Notes: generated from the letters alone by a model not told the origin. Shown: positions 8,967 through 18,779, counted from the first letter of the stretch. The stretch: 64,000 nucleotides of DNA from an uncultured Gemmatimonadales bacterium (GCA_963828735.1 CAWHFW010000004.1:96001-160000), one strand, 5' to 3'. Made by a program: numbers and translations.

Positions 8967-9329
8967 ATGCCGACCCTGATCTCCTCACCCACCCTCATCC
9001 AGGCCGCGGGGAGCAAGCCCAAGCGGATCGAGGAATACGCCGGCCGTGTCAACACCGGGCACGCCGCGGTCAGCGTGGCCCGCATGGTGTCGCCGGAAGG
9101 GTGGGAGGAGCCGGGTCAGCGGCCGGAATTCGAGGAGATCACGGTCGTCTTGCGGGGACTGCTGCGGGTGGAGTACGAGAGCGGCGTCCTCGACGTGCGC
9201 GCGGGCCAGGCGGTCGTCACGAAACCGGGAGAGTGGGTGCGCTACCGGAGTCCCGAGGCCGGCGGCGCCGAGTACGTGGCGATCTGTCTCCCGGCCTTCT
9301 CGCCGGCCACCGTGCACCGCGATGCCTAG
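8967..9329 (+). CDS. Cupin-domain protein
   Basis: PKRIEEYAGRVN...GWEEPGQRPEFEE...GEWVRY. Confidence 0.85.
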   Translation: MPTLISSPTLIQAAGSKPKRIEEYAGRVNTGHAAVSVARMVSPEGWEEPGQRPEFEEITVVLRGLLRVEYESGVLDVRAGQAVVTKPGEWVRYRSPEAGGAEYVAICLPAFSPATVHRDA

Positions 9330-9335
9330 CACGTC

Positions 9336-9644
9336 ATGACCCAGCCGACGCCGTCCCCGAAGGGTCCGTCCGCGCGCGCGCTGGTGGTGGGACTGCTGCT
9401 GATCGGTGCGATGGCGGCCCTGCTGCCGGTCGTCGTCGCCCGGACCCGCCGGGTGCAAAGCATGCGGTCGGACCTGCGCGAGGTGATGAGCGAATGCCGC
9501 GCGCGCTACGCCGGTAGTCTCACGGCCGCCGATACGGCCGCCGCCGACGTCTGGCAGCCGCCCCTCCACGGACAGCAGCGCGCCGGCGACCCGGGCTGCG
9601 GCGCCTATCGCCGGCGGAACATGCTCACCGCGGGCGGCCAATGA
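9336..9644 (+). CDS. Hypothetical protein with N-terminal TM helix
   Basis: Hydrophobic N-terminus; coupled to next gene. Confidence 0.6.
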   Translation: MTQPTPSPKGPSARALVVGLLLIGAMAALLPVVVARTRRVQSMRSDLREVMSECRARYAGSLTAADTAAADVWQPPLHGQQRAGDPGCGAYRRRNMLTAGGQ

Positions 9645-10081
9645 TGGGTCGGCTGGAGGCGATCTGGATCAAGCGGGCGCATCGTGGCCCGATGGATTCG
9701 GTCTCCGCGGCCGAGCTAGTGGCCGGACGCGGCCTGGTGGACAACGCGGATCAGGGGCGTCGTCGTCAGGTGACGGTCATCGAGCGCGAGGTCTGGGAGC
9801 GCCTCATGCACGAGTTGTCGGCCCACATATCCCCCAGTGCCCGCCGGGCCAACTTGATGATCAGCGGCGTCAGCCTCGAGGGCGTGCGCGATCGTGTCCT
9901 GCTGATCGGGGGCTGCCGCATTCGATTGCTTGGCGAGACGCGCCCGTGCGAGCGCATGGACGAGGCGTTACCCGGGCTGCGGGAGGCGATGAAGTCGGGG
10001 TGGGGCGGGGGGAGCTTCGGAGAAGTGCTCGACGACGGATCGATCGCGGTGGGCGCGGAGGTGACGTGGGACGGGGACTAA
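9641..10081 (+). CDS. MOSC-domain protein
   Basis: RQVTVIE, RRANL, ETRPCERM with the conserved Cys. Confidence 0.88.
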   Translation: MMGRLEAIWIKRAHRGPMDSVSAAELVAGRGLVDNADQGRRRQVTVIEREVWERLMHELSAHISPSARRANLMISGVSLEGVRDRVLLIGGCRIRLLGETRPCERMDEALPGLREAMKSGWGGGSFGEVLDDGSIAVGAEVTWDGD

Positions 10082-10086
10082 CACAA

Positions 10087-10116
10087 CGGCCGGCCCGGGT
10101 GACCCCGGGCCGGCCG
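10087..10116. terminator. Intrinsic terminator hairpin between convergent MOSC and csp genes
   Basis: Perfect 13-bp stem CGGCCGGCCCGGG-TGAC-CCCGGGCCGGCCG; followed by TTGTGTT on the minus strand. Confidence 0.75.
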
Positions 10117-10134
10117 CGTGCGTGGCGTCGGTCT

Positions 10135-10347
10135 TTAGCGTCCGAGCTTGACGACGTTCTCTGCCGCTGGACCCTTCTGGCCCTGCACGACGTCGAACTC
10201 GACCCGCTCCCCCTCGGCCAGCGTCTTGAACCCCTGACCCTGGATCGCCGAGTGGTGGACGAAGCAGTCCTTCTGACCGCCTTCGGGCGTGATGAAGCCA
10301 AAGCCCTTGGCGTCATTGAACCACTTGACCGTGCCGGTGGTGCGCAT
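10135..10347 (-). CDS. Cold-shock protein (CspA family)
   Basis: [33 protein letters not shown]. Confidence 0.97.
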   Translation of the reverse strand: MRTTGTVKWFNDAKGFGFITPEGGQKDCFVHHSAIQGQGFKTLAEGERVEFDVVQGQKGPAAENVVKLGR

Positions 10348-10552
10348 TGTTCCTACTCCTTGTTCTGTTGTAATCGGAGTCCGGTCATGCCGCACCTACC
10401 CGACTACGCGATATACGTGATTAGGCCCTCACGCGAGGCTGCTGCCGATCGGCAGCAAACACAAAAATGGGAGCCAGCGCGAACTCCGCCAGCTCCCCGT
10501 AAACCGTCCCTGGACCTTGGCTACGCTGATCTGCCTGTTGGCAGACGGCGAG

Positions 10553-10581
10553 AAGATAAGGTAGTCGGGTCGTTTGCACAA
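10553..10581 (-). promoter_or_regulatory. Sigma70-type promoter of csp
   Basis: TTGTGC-N17-TATCTT about 200 nt upstream of the csp ATG. Confidence 0.5.
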
Positions 10582-10616
10582 CCCTTCGCGCCGGTCCACC
10601 GGCGGAGAGACCCAAC

Positions 10617-11153
10617 ATGACCGTATCCGCGACCCCCGTTTCCGCCCCCGGGCCCGACGAGTACGCCCCGAACTTCGCCGGTTACGTCGGCCATGTCCCC
10701 GTCGGCGTCGACATCCTCGACCTCCTGGCCAGGCAGGCCGACGAAACGCAGGTGCGTCTGCGCGGCATTCCCGAGTCCCGCGGCCGGCATCGGTATGCCC
10801 CGGGCAAGTGGAGCGTGAAGGAGGTCGTCCTGCACCTGGCCGACACGGAGCGGATCATGACCTATCGCGCGCTCCGCATCGCCCGCGCGGATACGACGCC
10901 GCTGCCGGGATTCGACGAGAACCTCTACACGCCGGAGTCCGGGGCCGACGCTGTTCCGCTCGGGGACCTGGCCGCGGAATTCCGTCATGTCCGCCAAGCG
11001 TCCCTGGACTTGTTCCGCCATCTGCCCGCGGAGGCGTGGACCCGCCGCGGCACCGCGACCAACGCGACCATCAGCGTCCGGGCGCTCGCGTGGATCGTCG
11101 CGGGACACGAACGCCATCACCTCGGGGTGCTCGCGGAGCGCTACGGAGTCTGA
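10617..11153 (+). CDS. DinB/YfiT-family protein
   Basis: YAPGKWSVKEVVLHLADTER...GHERHH. Confidence 0.92.
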   Translation: MTVSATPVSAPGPDEYAPNFAGYVGHVPVGVDILDLLARQADETQVRLRGIPESRGRHRYAPGKWSVKEVVLHLADTERIMTYRALRIARADTTPLPGFDENLYTPESGADAVPLGDLAAEFRHVRQASLDLFRHLPAEAWTRRGTATNATISVRALAWIVAGHERHHLGVLAERYGV

Positions 11154-12082
11154 TCGCCAAGGGCGGCCCGAAGCGAGACCCGATAGAAGGCGGAGAAGTC
11201 CCGCACGAATACCAGGTCGCAGCCGTCTGGGGTCACCGTCGCGAAGTTCTCCCATCCGGGTTCCGTGTTGACTCCCGCGACGAGGGGCACGGGAGTTTCC
11301 CACGTGCCGCCGCGATGTCGGCTGACCCAGAGATCGGAGGGCTGGCCGCGGCGCTCGCCCGGCACCCGCGGCGAGACCTCCAGCAGGACCATCTGCCCGT
11401 CCGGCGTCGGACTGCCCCCCCACACCTGCAGGTCGTCACGCCAGCGCATCCACCGTTCCGCCGGATCGTACGCCGTGGGGGCGCCGAACAGCGCGGTCAC
11501 GAGATTCGTGGTGGTATCCCAATCCGGTGATGTCCGTCGGAAGTAGAGTCGCCCGTCACGGCCGAACACCGGCTGCGACTGATAGGCGCCGATCCGCGTG
11601 GCCGCGGTCAGCGGGATCGGCGGCTTCCATCCGCCGTCGGCCGCGTGCTCCGCGGCCCACAGCCCGGCGTTGGGCTTCGCGAGGGTGTCCCCCGGCATGC
11701 GGCGATAGGAGGTGAAGGCGAGCCACCTGCCATCGGGTGAGCGGGCCGGGTAGAGGTCGGAATAGTCGCCACCCAGGTCCACCCGCTCCGGGGCCGACCA
11801 ACCCGCCTCCTGGCGGCGGGACACGAAGATCCGATAGTCCTCGGCGTGGGGGTCGGCCGAGACCTTCCGGAAGAACCAGAACTCCCGCCCATCCGCGGAG
11901 AAAGTGCCCCGGAATGTGACGCCGGAGTCGGCGAGGGTCGGCCCAAACGGCTCCGGATGCCCCGGTGAGTCCGAGCACGTGCGTGAACCCTGCGCGAGCC
12001 CACGCATGGTGGCTGCGGACAGCAGGAACGCCGCCAGTGTCCCGCCGCGCCACCCGACCTTACGGCCCCTGAAGTTGTTCAT
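11141..12082 (-). CDS. Exported PD40/TolB-like beta-propeller protein
   Basis: Repeats FSADG, RSPDGRWLAFTS, PTPDG, VTPDG; signal peptide. Confidence 0.8.
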   Translation of the reverse strand: MNNFRGRKVGWRGGTLAAFLLSAATMRGLAQGSRTCSDSPGHPEPFGPTLADSGVTFRGTFSADGREFWFFRKVSADPHAEDYRIFVSRRQEAGWSAPERVDLGGDYSDLYPARSPDGRWLAFTSYRRMPGDTLAKPNAGLWAAEHAADGGWKPPIPLTAATRIGAYQSQPVFGRDGRLYFRRTSPDWDTTTNLVTALFGAPTAYDPAERWMRWRDDLQVWGGSPTPDGQMVLLEVSPRVPGERRGQPSDLWVSRHRGGTWETPVPLVAGVNTEPGWENFATVTPDGCDLVFVRDFSAFYRVSLRAALGDQTP

Positions 12083-12266
12083 GCGCTCCATTCGGGGTTT
12101 CCGCATCCAGGGTTTCAGTGGACAATGGCGGGCACGCCGAGCGCGAATCTACATTTGGCCATTCGCGCGGCGTCCTCGTCGGCCGGAGCTCGTTCGGCCT
12201 CGGCGTGGACGCCGGCTCGGCGCCGTCATCGAGCTTTCATTTGAGTCTCATCGACCCGGAGGCCTG

Positions 12267-12593
12267 ATGTTCGTCTGCCAGTGGCACCTCGACATTCCGT
12301 ACGGCAAGCAGGGCGAGGCGCTCGCGGTGATGCGGGCGTGGGGCGCGGAGAAATTCGCGAGCTCCGAGTTCCGTCGAGCGCGGGGGGCGCGGCTCCTCTG
12401 CGGCATGCTGGGAGCGTCCGCGTCCCACATCGTGGACGAATACGAGTTCGAGTCCCTCGCGGACTTCGAGGCCGCGCTCAACGGAATGGGCGGCCCGCAG
12501 TTCAAGCGCCACTCGGACGCCCTGGCGCCGTTCATCGTTCCGGGATCGCAGCACTGGGTCGTCTACCGGGTGCTCGACGAGCGCGCGGGGTGA
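12267..12593 (+). CDS. Hypothetical protein, NIPSNAP/dimeric alpha-beta barrel-like
   Basis: GGAGG RBS; EYEFESLADFE pattern. Confidence 0.7.
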   Translation: MFVCQWHLDIPYGKQGEALAVMRAWGAEKFASSEFRRARGARLLCGMLGASASHIVDEYEFESLADFEAALNGMGGPQFKRHSDALAPFIVPGSQHWVVYRVLDERAG

Positions 12594-13108
12594 GCGCGTT
12601 CATCCGACCGGCCGGCGTGGCTGACGCGCCCTGGCTGGCGGCCCTGGCGGAGCGAACCTTTCGCGAAACCTACAGCGCGCACAACACCCCGGAGGACATG
12701 GAGCGCTACGTGGCCGACCACTTCAGCGCCCCGCTCCAGGCCGCCGAGCTGGGCGACCCACGGCTCCTGACGCTGGTGGCCGAGCTGTCGGACCAGCCCG
12801 CGGGGTACACCCAGCTCGGCTTCGGTCCCGCGCCCGAGAGCGTGAGGGGGCCCGAGCCCGTGGAGATCATTCGGTTCTATGTGGATCGGCCGTGGCACGG
12901 CCAGGGCGTGGCCCAGGAGCTGATGCACGCCGCGGCGGCCCATGCACGAGCCGCGGGTGGCCGGACGCTGTGGCTCGGCGTCTGGGAGCGAAACCCCAGG
13001 GCCATCGCGTTCTATCGGAAGTGCGGGTTCGCCGAAGTGGGCACCCATACGTTCGTGCTCGGCGCCGATCACCAGCGCGATCTGGTTCTCGCGCGCCCGA
13101 TCGACTGA
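12590..13108 (+). CDS. GNAT acetyltransferase (PaiA-like)
   Basis: WHGQGVAQELM, WLGVWERNPRAIAFYRKCGF. Confidence 0.92.
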   Translation: MSAFIRPAGVADAPWLAALAERTFRETYSAHNTPEDMERYVADHFSAPLQAAELGDPRLLTLVAELSDQPAGYTQLGFGPAPESVRGPEPVEIIRFYVDRPWHGQGVAQELMHAAAAHARAAGGRTLWLGVWERNPRAIAFYRKCGFAEVGTHTFVLGADHQRDLVLARPID

Positions 13109-13118
13109 CGAGGACGGC

Positions 13119-13637
13119 ATGGCATCTGCGCAGATGGATCTGCTGCTGTGGAACCTGCAGCCGCCGACGGGGCGGAAGAACTGGCACGGGGGGCCGAGCC
13201 CCCTCGGCGCGCTCCGGGGCGTGACGGCCGCGCAAGCCGCGTGGCGTCCGACCCCACGACGGAAGAGCATCTGGGAGCTCGCGCTCCATATCGCCTACTG
13301 GAAGTACACGGTGCGCCGGCACCTCGAGGGCGGGGAGCAACCGCGATTCACCCGCCGCCCGGCCAATTTTCCCGCGCGGCCCGACCCCCCGGATGGGGAC
13401 GCGTGGGCGCGCGACGTCGCGCTCGTCCGGAGCGAGCACGAGCGCCTGGTGGCGGCCGTGCGGGCGCTCGCCGAGGAGCGGCTCGGCGCGGTGCCACCCG
13501 AGGGCCGGCGATGGACCTACGGGGAGCTCGTCCTCGGCATTGCCGCCCACGATGCCTATCACACGGGACAGATTCAGCTGCTCAAGCGCCTCTGGCAGGA
13601 GCGCGCGCTGCTGGTGCGAGGAGGACAGCGTGGCTGA
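13119..13637 (+). CDS. DinB-family protein
   Basis: WHGG, SIWELALHIAYWK, HDAYHTGQI. Confidence 0.9.
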   Translation: MASAQMDLLLWNLQPPTGRKNWHGGPSPLGALRGVTAAQAAWRPTPRRKSIWELALHIAYWKYTVRRHLEGGEQPRFTRRPANFPARPDPPDGDAWARDVALVRSEHERLVAAVRALAEERLGAVPPEGRRWTYGELVLGIAAHDAYHTGQIQLLKRLWQERALLVRGGQRG

Positions 13638-14088
13638 CACGATCAGACTCGCGGCGCCCGGCGATGCGGACGCCGTGGCGCCGCTCTTCGATGCATACCG
13701 GCAGTTCTATGAGCAGCCACCCGACCGCGCGCTCGCGCGTGCCTTCATCGCGGAGCGGCTGGAGCGAGGAGAGTCCGTGATCTTCGTCGCCGAGCGAGAC
13801 GGTCGCCCGGTGGGCTTCGTGCAGCTCTATCCCGTGTTCTCGTCCACTGCCCGGCGACCGGGTCGGCTGTGGCTGCTCAATGATCTGTACGTGGCCCCCG
13901 AGGCGAGACAGGGCGGGGTGGGGCGCGCGCTCATGATGCGGGCGCGGCGGCTCGCCGAGGAAACCGGGGCGTGCGGGCTCGAGCTTGTCACGGCGCGCAC
14001 CAACACGATCGGGCAGCGTCTGTACGAGGCGGTCGGGTACCACCGCGATGACGCCTTCCTGCGCTACGAGCTCGGGCTGCCGTCGTGA
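13630..14088 (+). CDS. GNAT acetyltransferase
   Basis: LFDAYRQFY, LNDLYV, RQGGVGRALM, QRLYEAVGY. Confidence 0.92.
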   Translation: MADTIRLAAPGDADAVAPLFDAYRQFYEQPPDRALARAFIAERLERGESVIFVAERDGRPVGFVQLYPVFSSTARRPGRLWLLNDLYVAPEARQGGVGRALMMRARRLAEETGACGLELVTARTNTIGQRLYEAVGYHRDDAFLRYELGLPS

Positions 14089-14366
14089 GCCAGGAGAGAC
14101 TTCTTCGGGCATTCGACGGGGCCATCGCGGCGGCCCGCCGCCTCGAGGATGGTGGGCAGGTGAACGCGGCGGAGCTCCGCCGTCTCCTCGACGAGCTCGC
14201 GGCGCGGCGGGCTGACGTCGCCGCCGGACGCGGATTGGACGACGAATGGGCCGGCCGCACCGTCCGCTGGGTGGCCTCGTGGCTTCCGGACGGCGAACTT
14301 CCGCTCCTTGCCCGACTCGGCAACATCGTGCGCGTCGCGGGATCCGACGACACTCGCCGGCCCTAG
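14085..14366 (+). CDS. Hypothetical protein (93 aa)
   Basis: GTGA coupling to the GNAT gene; helical composition. Confidence 0.6.
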   Translation: MSQERLLRAFDGAIAAARRLEDGGQVNAAELRRLLDELAARRADVAAGRGLDDEWAGRTVRWVASWLPDGELPLLARLGNIVRVAGSDDTRRP

Positions 14367-14380
14367 GTATACTCCGACCC

Positions 14381-15067
14381 ATGACCGACGCCTCGCCCCC
14401 TCGGAACGATCGGCAACTGGCCAATTTGTTCGCGCAGAACCGTGACTGGGCGGCCGCGGTCACGCGGCGCGAGCCGGACTTCTTCGAGTGCCTCGCGCGG
14501 CAGCAGAACCCCGACTACCTGTGGATCGGCTGCTCGGACAGCCGGGTGCCCGCGAACGAGATCGTGGGGCTCTTGCCCGGGGAAATGTTCGTGCACCGGA
14601 ACGTCGCCAACGTCGTGGTGCACACCGATCTCAACTGCCTGTCGGTGCTGCAGTACGCGGTGGACGTGCTGGAGGTGGATCACGTGATGGTCGTGGGACA
14701 CTACGGGTGTGGCGGGGTCCGCGCCGCGTGGGACGGACGGCCGCTCGGGCTCATCGACAACTGGCTGAGGCACGTGCAGGACGTGGCGGCGCGGCATCTG
14801 GACGAGCTCCGCGCCCTGGGCGACGGTCCCGCGCTCTACGACCGCCTGTGCGAGCTCAACGTCGTCGAGCAGGCGGTCCATGTCTGCCGCACCACGATCG
14901 TCCAGGATGCGTGGCGCCGTGGGCGCACCCTGACCGTGCACGCCTGGGTGTACAGCCTCCGGGACGGGCTCCTGCGTGATCTCGGCTTCTCCGCCTCCTC
15001 GGCGGACGACGTCGGCGATCGTCATGCGCAGGCCCTCCGCAACGGCCCAACCCTCGCCACCGGCTGA
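14381..15067 (+). CDS. can: Beta-class carbonic anhydrase
   Basis: WIGCSDSRVPAN, FVHRNVAN, GHYGCGG. Confidence 0.96.
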   Translation: MTDASPPRNDRQLANLFAQNRDWAAAVTRREPDFFECLARQQNPDYLWIGCSDSRVPANEIVGLLPGEMFVHRNVANVVVHTDLNCLSVLQYAVDVLEVDHVMVVGHYGCGGVRAAWDGRPLGLIDNWLRHVQDVAARHLDELRALGDGPALYDRLCELNVVEQAVHVCRTTIVQDAWRRGRTLTVHAWVYSLRDGLLRDLGFSASSADDVGDRHAQALRNGPTLATG

Positions 15068-15069
15068 CG

Positions 15070-15732
15070 GTGGAGCTGGTCGGCTCAGCCACCGAGCGTA
15101 CCACGGCGGCCACCGACGCGCTCCTCGCGGTCGCGGCCCTCGTAGCCCTGGTGGTCCTGTGGCGACAGACCCCTTCCTCGTTCGGCAGGTCCGTGTGGCT
15201 CAGCGCCCTCGCCTGCATGGTGGGCGCGTCCGTGCTCGGCGTGGTGACGCACGGTCTCGTGCTGCCGGACGCCACGCGTGATCTGCTGTGGCAACCGCTT
15301 TACCTCTTGCTGGGCGTGACCATGGCGTTGTTTGTCGTCGGGGCGGTGCGCGATTGGCGCGGCGACGCGGCGGGACGCCGGATCCTCACGCCCATGCTGA
15401 TCCTCGCAGTCATCTTCTACGGCGTGACGCGCGCGACGGGCGGCGACTTCCTCGCTTTCGTGATTTACGAAGCGGCTACGCTCGTGTTTGCGCTGGCGGT
15501 GTACGTCACGCTCGCGGCGGGCCGCCGCCATCGCGGCGCGGCGGCGATGGCCGCCGCGCTGGCCGTGAGCCTGGGGGCGGGGGCGGTGCAGGCCGCCGAT
15601 CTCGGCACGGTCCGACTGCTCTGGCCGTTCGATCACAACGGCCTGTTCCACCTGGTGCAGCTCGCCGGCGTCGTGCTTCTCGCCGTCGGCCTTCGCCATC
15701 TCCTTCAACGCACACCGTCGGGGGCTTCGTGA
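15070..15732 (+). CDS. Hypothetical polytopic membrane protein
   Basis: About 7 hydrophobic segments; FDHNGLFHLVQ motif. Confidence 0.75.
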   Translation: MELVGSATERTTAATDALLAVAALVALVVLWRQTPSSFGRSVWLSALACMVGASVLGVVTHGLVLPDATRDLLWQPLYLLLGVTMALFVVGAVRDWRGDAAGRRILTPMLILAVIFYGVTRATGGDFLAFVIYEAATLVFALAVYVTLAAGRRHRGAAAMAAALAVSLGAGAVQAADLGTVRLLWPFDHNGLFHLVQLAGVVLLAVGLRHLLQRTPSGAS

Positions 15733-16250
15733 TGGGTACCGACTTCGCGGCCGGCATCGCGGCCATTCTCGACCGCGATCTCCGCGCGCTTCGGCGCGAG
15801 CTCGAGGCCTACGGCGATGAACGGCAGATCTGGCAGGAAGTACCCGGTCTCCCGAACACCGCCGGCACGCTCGCCTTGCATCTCGCCGGCAACCTGCAGC
15901 ACTACATCGGCGCTCGCTGGGCGGGCACCGGCTACGTGCGGGATCGCGACGCCGAGTTCGCCCGACGCGGGGTGTCCCGGGCCGAGATGGTGACGGAGAT
16001 CGAGCGCACGCGAACGGTCATCTCTAGCGGGCTGGCGCGGGTGACCCCAGAGGAGCTGCGAGAGGACTACCCGGAGCCCATCGCCGAGTCGCACGTTCGG
16101 AATGAGGAATATCTGGTGCACTTGTGCACCCACGTCGCGTATCACCTGGGCCAGCTCGATTCGCACCGGCGGATCGTGACGGGCAACGCCAGCGGGGTGG
16201 GCGCGCTCCGTCCGGCCGAGCTCGGGAGCGCCCGAACGGTTGGCGGCTGA
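15732..16250 (+). CDS. DinB-superfamily protein (DUF1572-like)
   Basis: NTAGTLALHLAGNLQHYIG, YVRDRDAEF, HVAYHLGQ. Confidence 0.88.
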   Translation: MGTDFAAGIAAILDRDLRALRRELEAYGDERQIWQEVPGLPNTAGTLALHLAGNLQHYIGARWAGTGYVRDRDAEFARRGVSRAEMVTEIERTRTVISSGLARVTPEELREDYPEPIAESHVRNEEYLVHLCTHVAYHLGQLDSHRRIVTGNASGVGALRPAELGSARTVGG

Positions 16251-16255
16251 CGGCC

Positions 16256-17254
16256 TCAGCAGGTCGTCATCGGCCCGCCGGTCAACAGCTCGAAGTCTCC
16301 GCCTCGCACCGGGTGCGCGCGCAGTTGATCGAGCGCGTCCCCCCAGGCTGGATCCGACGTTCCCGTCACGTACCATGCGCTTCCCTGATCGGCCAGGATC
16401 AACCCATAACGCTTGAGCGCGGTGAGAATCACCAGCGCGTCGCCCGTGTACGGCGCGAGCGAGAAGTCCGCGCGGAGTCGCGCGCGGGTCCCGTAGGGCG
16501 GCAGGGAGGCATCCGCGTACTGGCCGCAGTGACTGGCCGGTGCCACATAGGCCCGCCGCACGCGCGGCACGGTGAAACGGAGCGCGTGGGTGATCGCCCC
16601 CGCCGCCACCTCGTCGTGCTTCAGCAGGCCCGGGAGAATCGGAAGTCCCGCTGCGTCGGCCGAGGTCCAGCCGGCGGGCCGCGTCGAGTTCACCTTGAGG
16701 TCCCAGCGCGCGGACGAGCTGACCTGGAAGCCGCTCGCGGTACGGACGGCGTTGTACAGCTCGTAGAGCACGCAATCGCCCTGCTGAACCACGAGCACGT
16801 GCCGATCCCCCGAGGCGGGGTCGGGGTCAGTTGTGCTTCCGCCTTCGATGAGCGCGTCATGGGGAATAGGCATCGGTCCCGGATCGCTCTCGTCGGAATA
16901 GTCGGCCCCGTCGGTTCCGTAGGTGATGGGCACGAGCGGCTGGCCGGCCGGGACCACGGTGTAGGGAATTCCGTAGTACTCCTCCGTCGTTCCGAGGTCC
17001 AGATGGACGGCGTTCCCCGGGGACATCACGCCGAGCAGCGCGTCCGAGTTCGACGCCACGGGGTCGCCGCTCACGTCGCGATTCCAGGCGTTGTCGTCCG
17101 GGAAGACCGGGCATCCGCCCACGCGCGCGACCTCGCCCGAGGCGGGCGCATTCGGCGGAGCGGGGGAGGTGGGCACGGTCGGACTCGTGGGCTCGGAGCC
17201 GGCGGTGCCGCAGCCTGCAAGGAGCAGCGAGACCAGCGCGCGACGGAGGCGCAT
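16256..17254 (-). CDS. Conserved hypothetical lipoprotein
   Basis: Lipobox LLAGC; enzyme-like motifs FPDDNAWN, GDRHVLV, GWTSADAAGLPILPGL, HALRFT, ALKRYGLILADQG. Confidence 0.8.
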   Translation of the reverse strand: MRLRRALVSLLLAGCGTAGSEPTSPTVPTSPAPPNAPASGEVARVGGCPVFPDDNAWNRDVSGDPVASNSDALLGVMSPGNAVHLDLGTTEEYYGIPYTVVPAGQPLVPITYGTDGADYSDESDPGPMPIPHDALIEGGSTTDPDPASGDRHVLVVQQGDCVLYELYNAVRTASGFQVSSSARWDLKVNSTRPAGWTSADAAGLPILPGLLKHDEVAAGAITHALRFTVPRVRRAYVAPASHCGQYADASLPPYGTRARLRADFSLAPYTGDALVILTALKRYGLILADQGSAWYVTGTSDPAWGDALDQLRAHPVRGGDFELLTGGPMTTC

Positions 17255-17409
17255 GGAAGTCTCCATCCCGATGGAGGCTAGCGGGGGCTGCAAGAGTTGG
17301 CCTGGGGTGGCTCGTCGGAGGGGGCAAGAAGCATGCTCCTGTGCCCGCGCTGGCGCTTCGTGGGGCGGGGCCTAATTTCATGGCTTGCCCCCCTCGCGAG
17401 GAGAGATCC

Positions 17410-17676
17410 ATGGACGAGCTCAGCAACCCGGCGAACACGCGCGAGTTCATGGCGATGTGGAACGCCGTCACCGCGGAGCATCTGACGCACAAGCTCACGG
17501 GCGTGCTCCAGCAGCTCGGCGAGCGCATGCCGAACGCGCCGACGTTCGGCGAAGGCCAGGCAGAGGCCTTCTCGCCTTTGCTCATCCGGGCCTTTCAAGT
17601 CGCGGCGTCCCCGGAGGGCGGAGTGCACGCGGCGGTGCAGTTCCTCGCCGAGTACGGGGTCGAGCCTACCTCCTGA
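17410..17676 (+). CDS. Hypothetical protein (88 aa)
   Basis: GAGGAG RBS; typical codon use. Confidence 0.65.
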   Translation: MDELSNPANTREFMAMWNAVTAEHLTHKLTGVLQQLGERMPNAPTFGEGQAEAFSPLLIRAFQVAASPEGGVHAAVQFLAEYGVEPTS

Positions 17677-17747
17677 ACGGAACCCGGCTCGCGCGGCATG
17701 CGTAGGACCGACATTCCGATCGCGAGGCCACACTGCATATCCGACCC

Positions 17748-18473
17748 GTGCGGTTCCCACTCCTGGTGCTGCTTGCGGCCGCCGCGAGCTGCGGCAGCAC
17801 CTCCCCGGACCCGGTGCCGGATTCCGACCTCCGGATCCTGTTCATCGGGAACAGTCTCACCTACGCGAACAACCTGCCATCGATGGTCGAGCAGCTGGGT
17901 CGGAGCGAGCCGTCGCGCACGGTGGTCGTCTCCTCGGTGGCCTTCGGCGACTACAGCCTGGAGGACCACTGGAACCGCGGCGACGCCCTGACCGCCATCA
18001 AGAGCGACAAGTGGGATTTCGTGCTGCTCCAGCAGGGGCCGTCGGCGCTCCCCGAGAGCCGCACGAACCTCATCGAGTGGTCCTCCAAGTTCGCCGCGGA
18101 GATTCGGCGGGTGGGCGCGACGCCGGTGCTGTACATGGTCTGGCCGGGGCTCGACCGCGAGAGCGAATGGGACGCGGTCACCGAATCGTACACGGCCGCG
18201 GCCAGCGCCTCCCACTCGCTCGTGTTCCCGGCAGGCGAGGCGCTCCGGTCGGCCTACACCGCGGACCCGACGCTGGCGCTGTTCGAGAACGACCGCTTTC
18301 ATCCCACCCGGCTGGGCTCCTATGGTGTGGCGCTGGTGGTCTACGCGATGGCCTCGCACACGTCGCCGGTGGGGCTCACGCTGCGGGCCGGGGGCTCCAC
18401 GCTGTTGCCCGGCCAGGTGGCGGCGCTGGAAGCCGCGGCGGCGGACGCCATCGACCGGTTCGGATCGCCGTAA
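17748..18473 (+). CDS. SGNH/GDSL hydrolase, lipoprotein
   Basis: ILFIGNSLT, WDFVLLQQG, DRFHPT; lipobox AASC. Confidence 0.88.
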   Translation: MRFPLLVLLAAAASCGSTSPDPVPDSDLRILFIGNSLTYANNLPSMVEQLGRSEPSRTVVVSSVAFGDYSLEDHWNRGDALTAIKSDKWDFVLLQQGPSALPESRTNLIEWSSKFAAEIRRVGATPVLYMVWPGLDRESEWDAVTESYTAAASASHSLVFPAGEALRSAYTADPTLALFENDRFHPTRLGSYGVALVVYAMASHTSPVGLTLRAGGSTLLPGQVAALEAAAADAIDRFGSP

Positions 18474-18559
18474 TCGCCCGTCCTCTTGCCCGGGGAGGCG
18501 AACGGCGATTCTATCAAGGCGTGCCGAACATCGGCCCTACCACCCCTCCAGAGGCTTCG

Positions 18560-18766
18560 ATGCGCCATCTGTTCGCCCTGCTGGCCCTCCTCGGCGTCGC
18601 CGGCATCGTGTTCGGCGTGCTCGCCATCCTGCACAGTGCTCCTGGCCAGGCGGGCCAATTGCCCTTCAGCCACGAGAATTACGGCGGCCCCGGCTCGATC
18701 ATGGCCGGACTGTTGTTGCTGGCGACGAGCCTGTATCTCCGGTCGGCGTGGCAGGGCAGGGACTGA
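18560..18766 (+). CDS. Small two-TM membrane protein
   Basis: GAGG RBS; two hydrophobic helices. Confidence 0.65.
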   Translation: MRHLFALLALLGVAGIVFGVLAILHSAPGQAGQLPFSHENYGGPGSIMAGLLLLATSLYLRSAWQGRD

Positions 18767-18779
18767 GCGGAACGATCGC

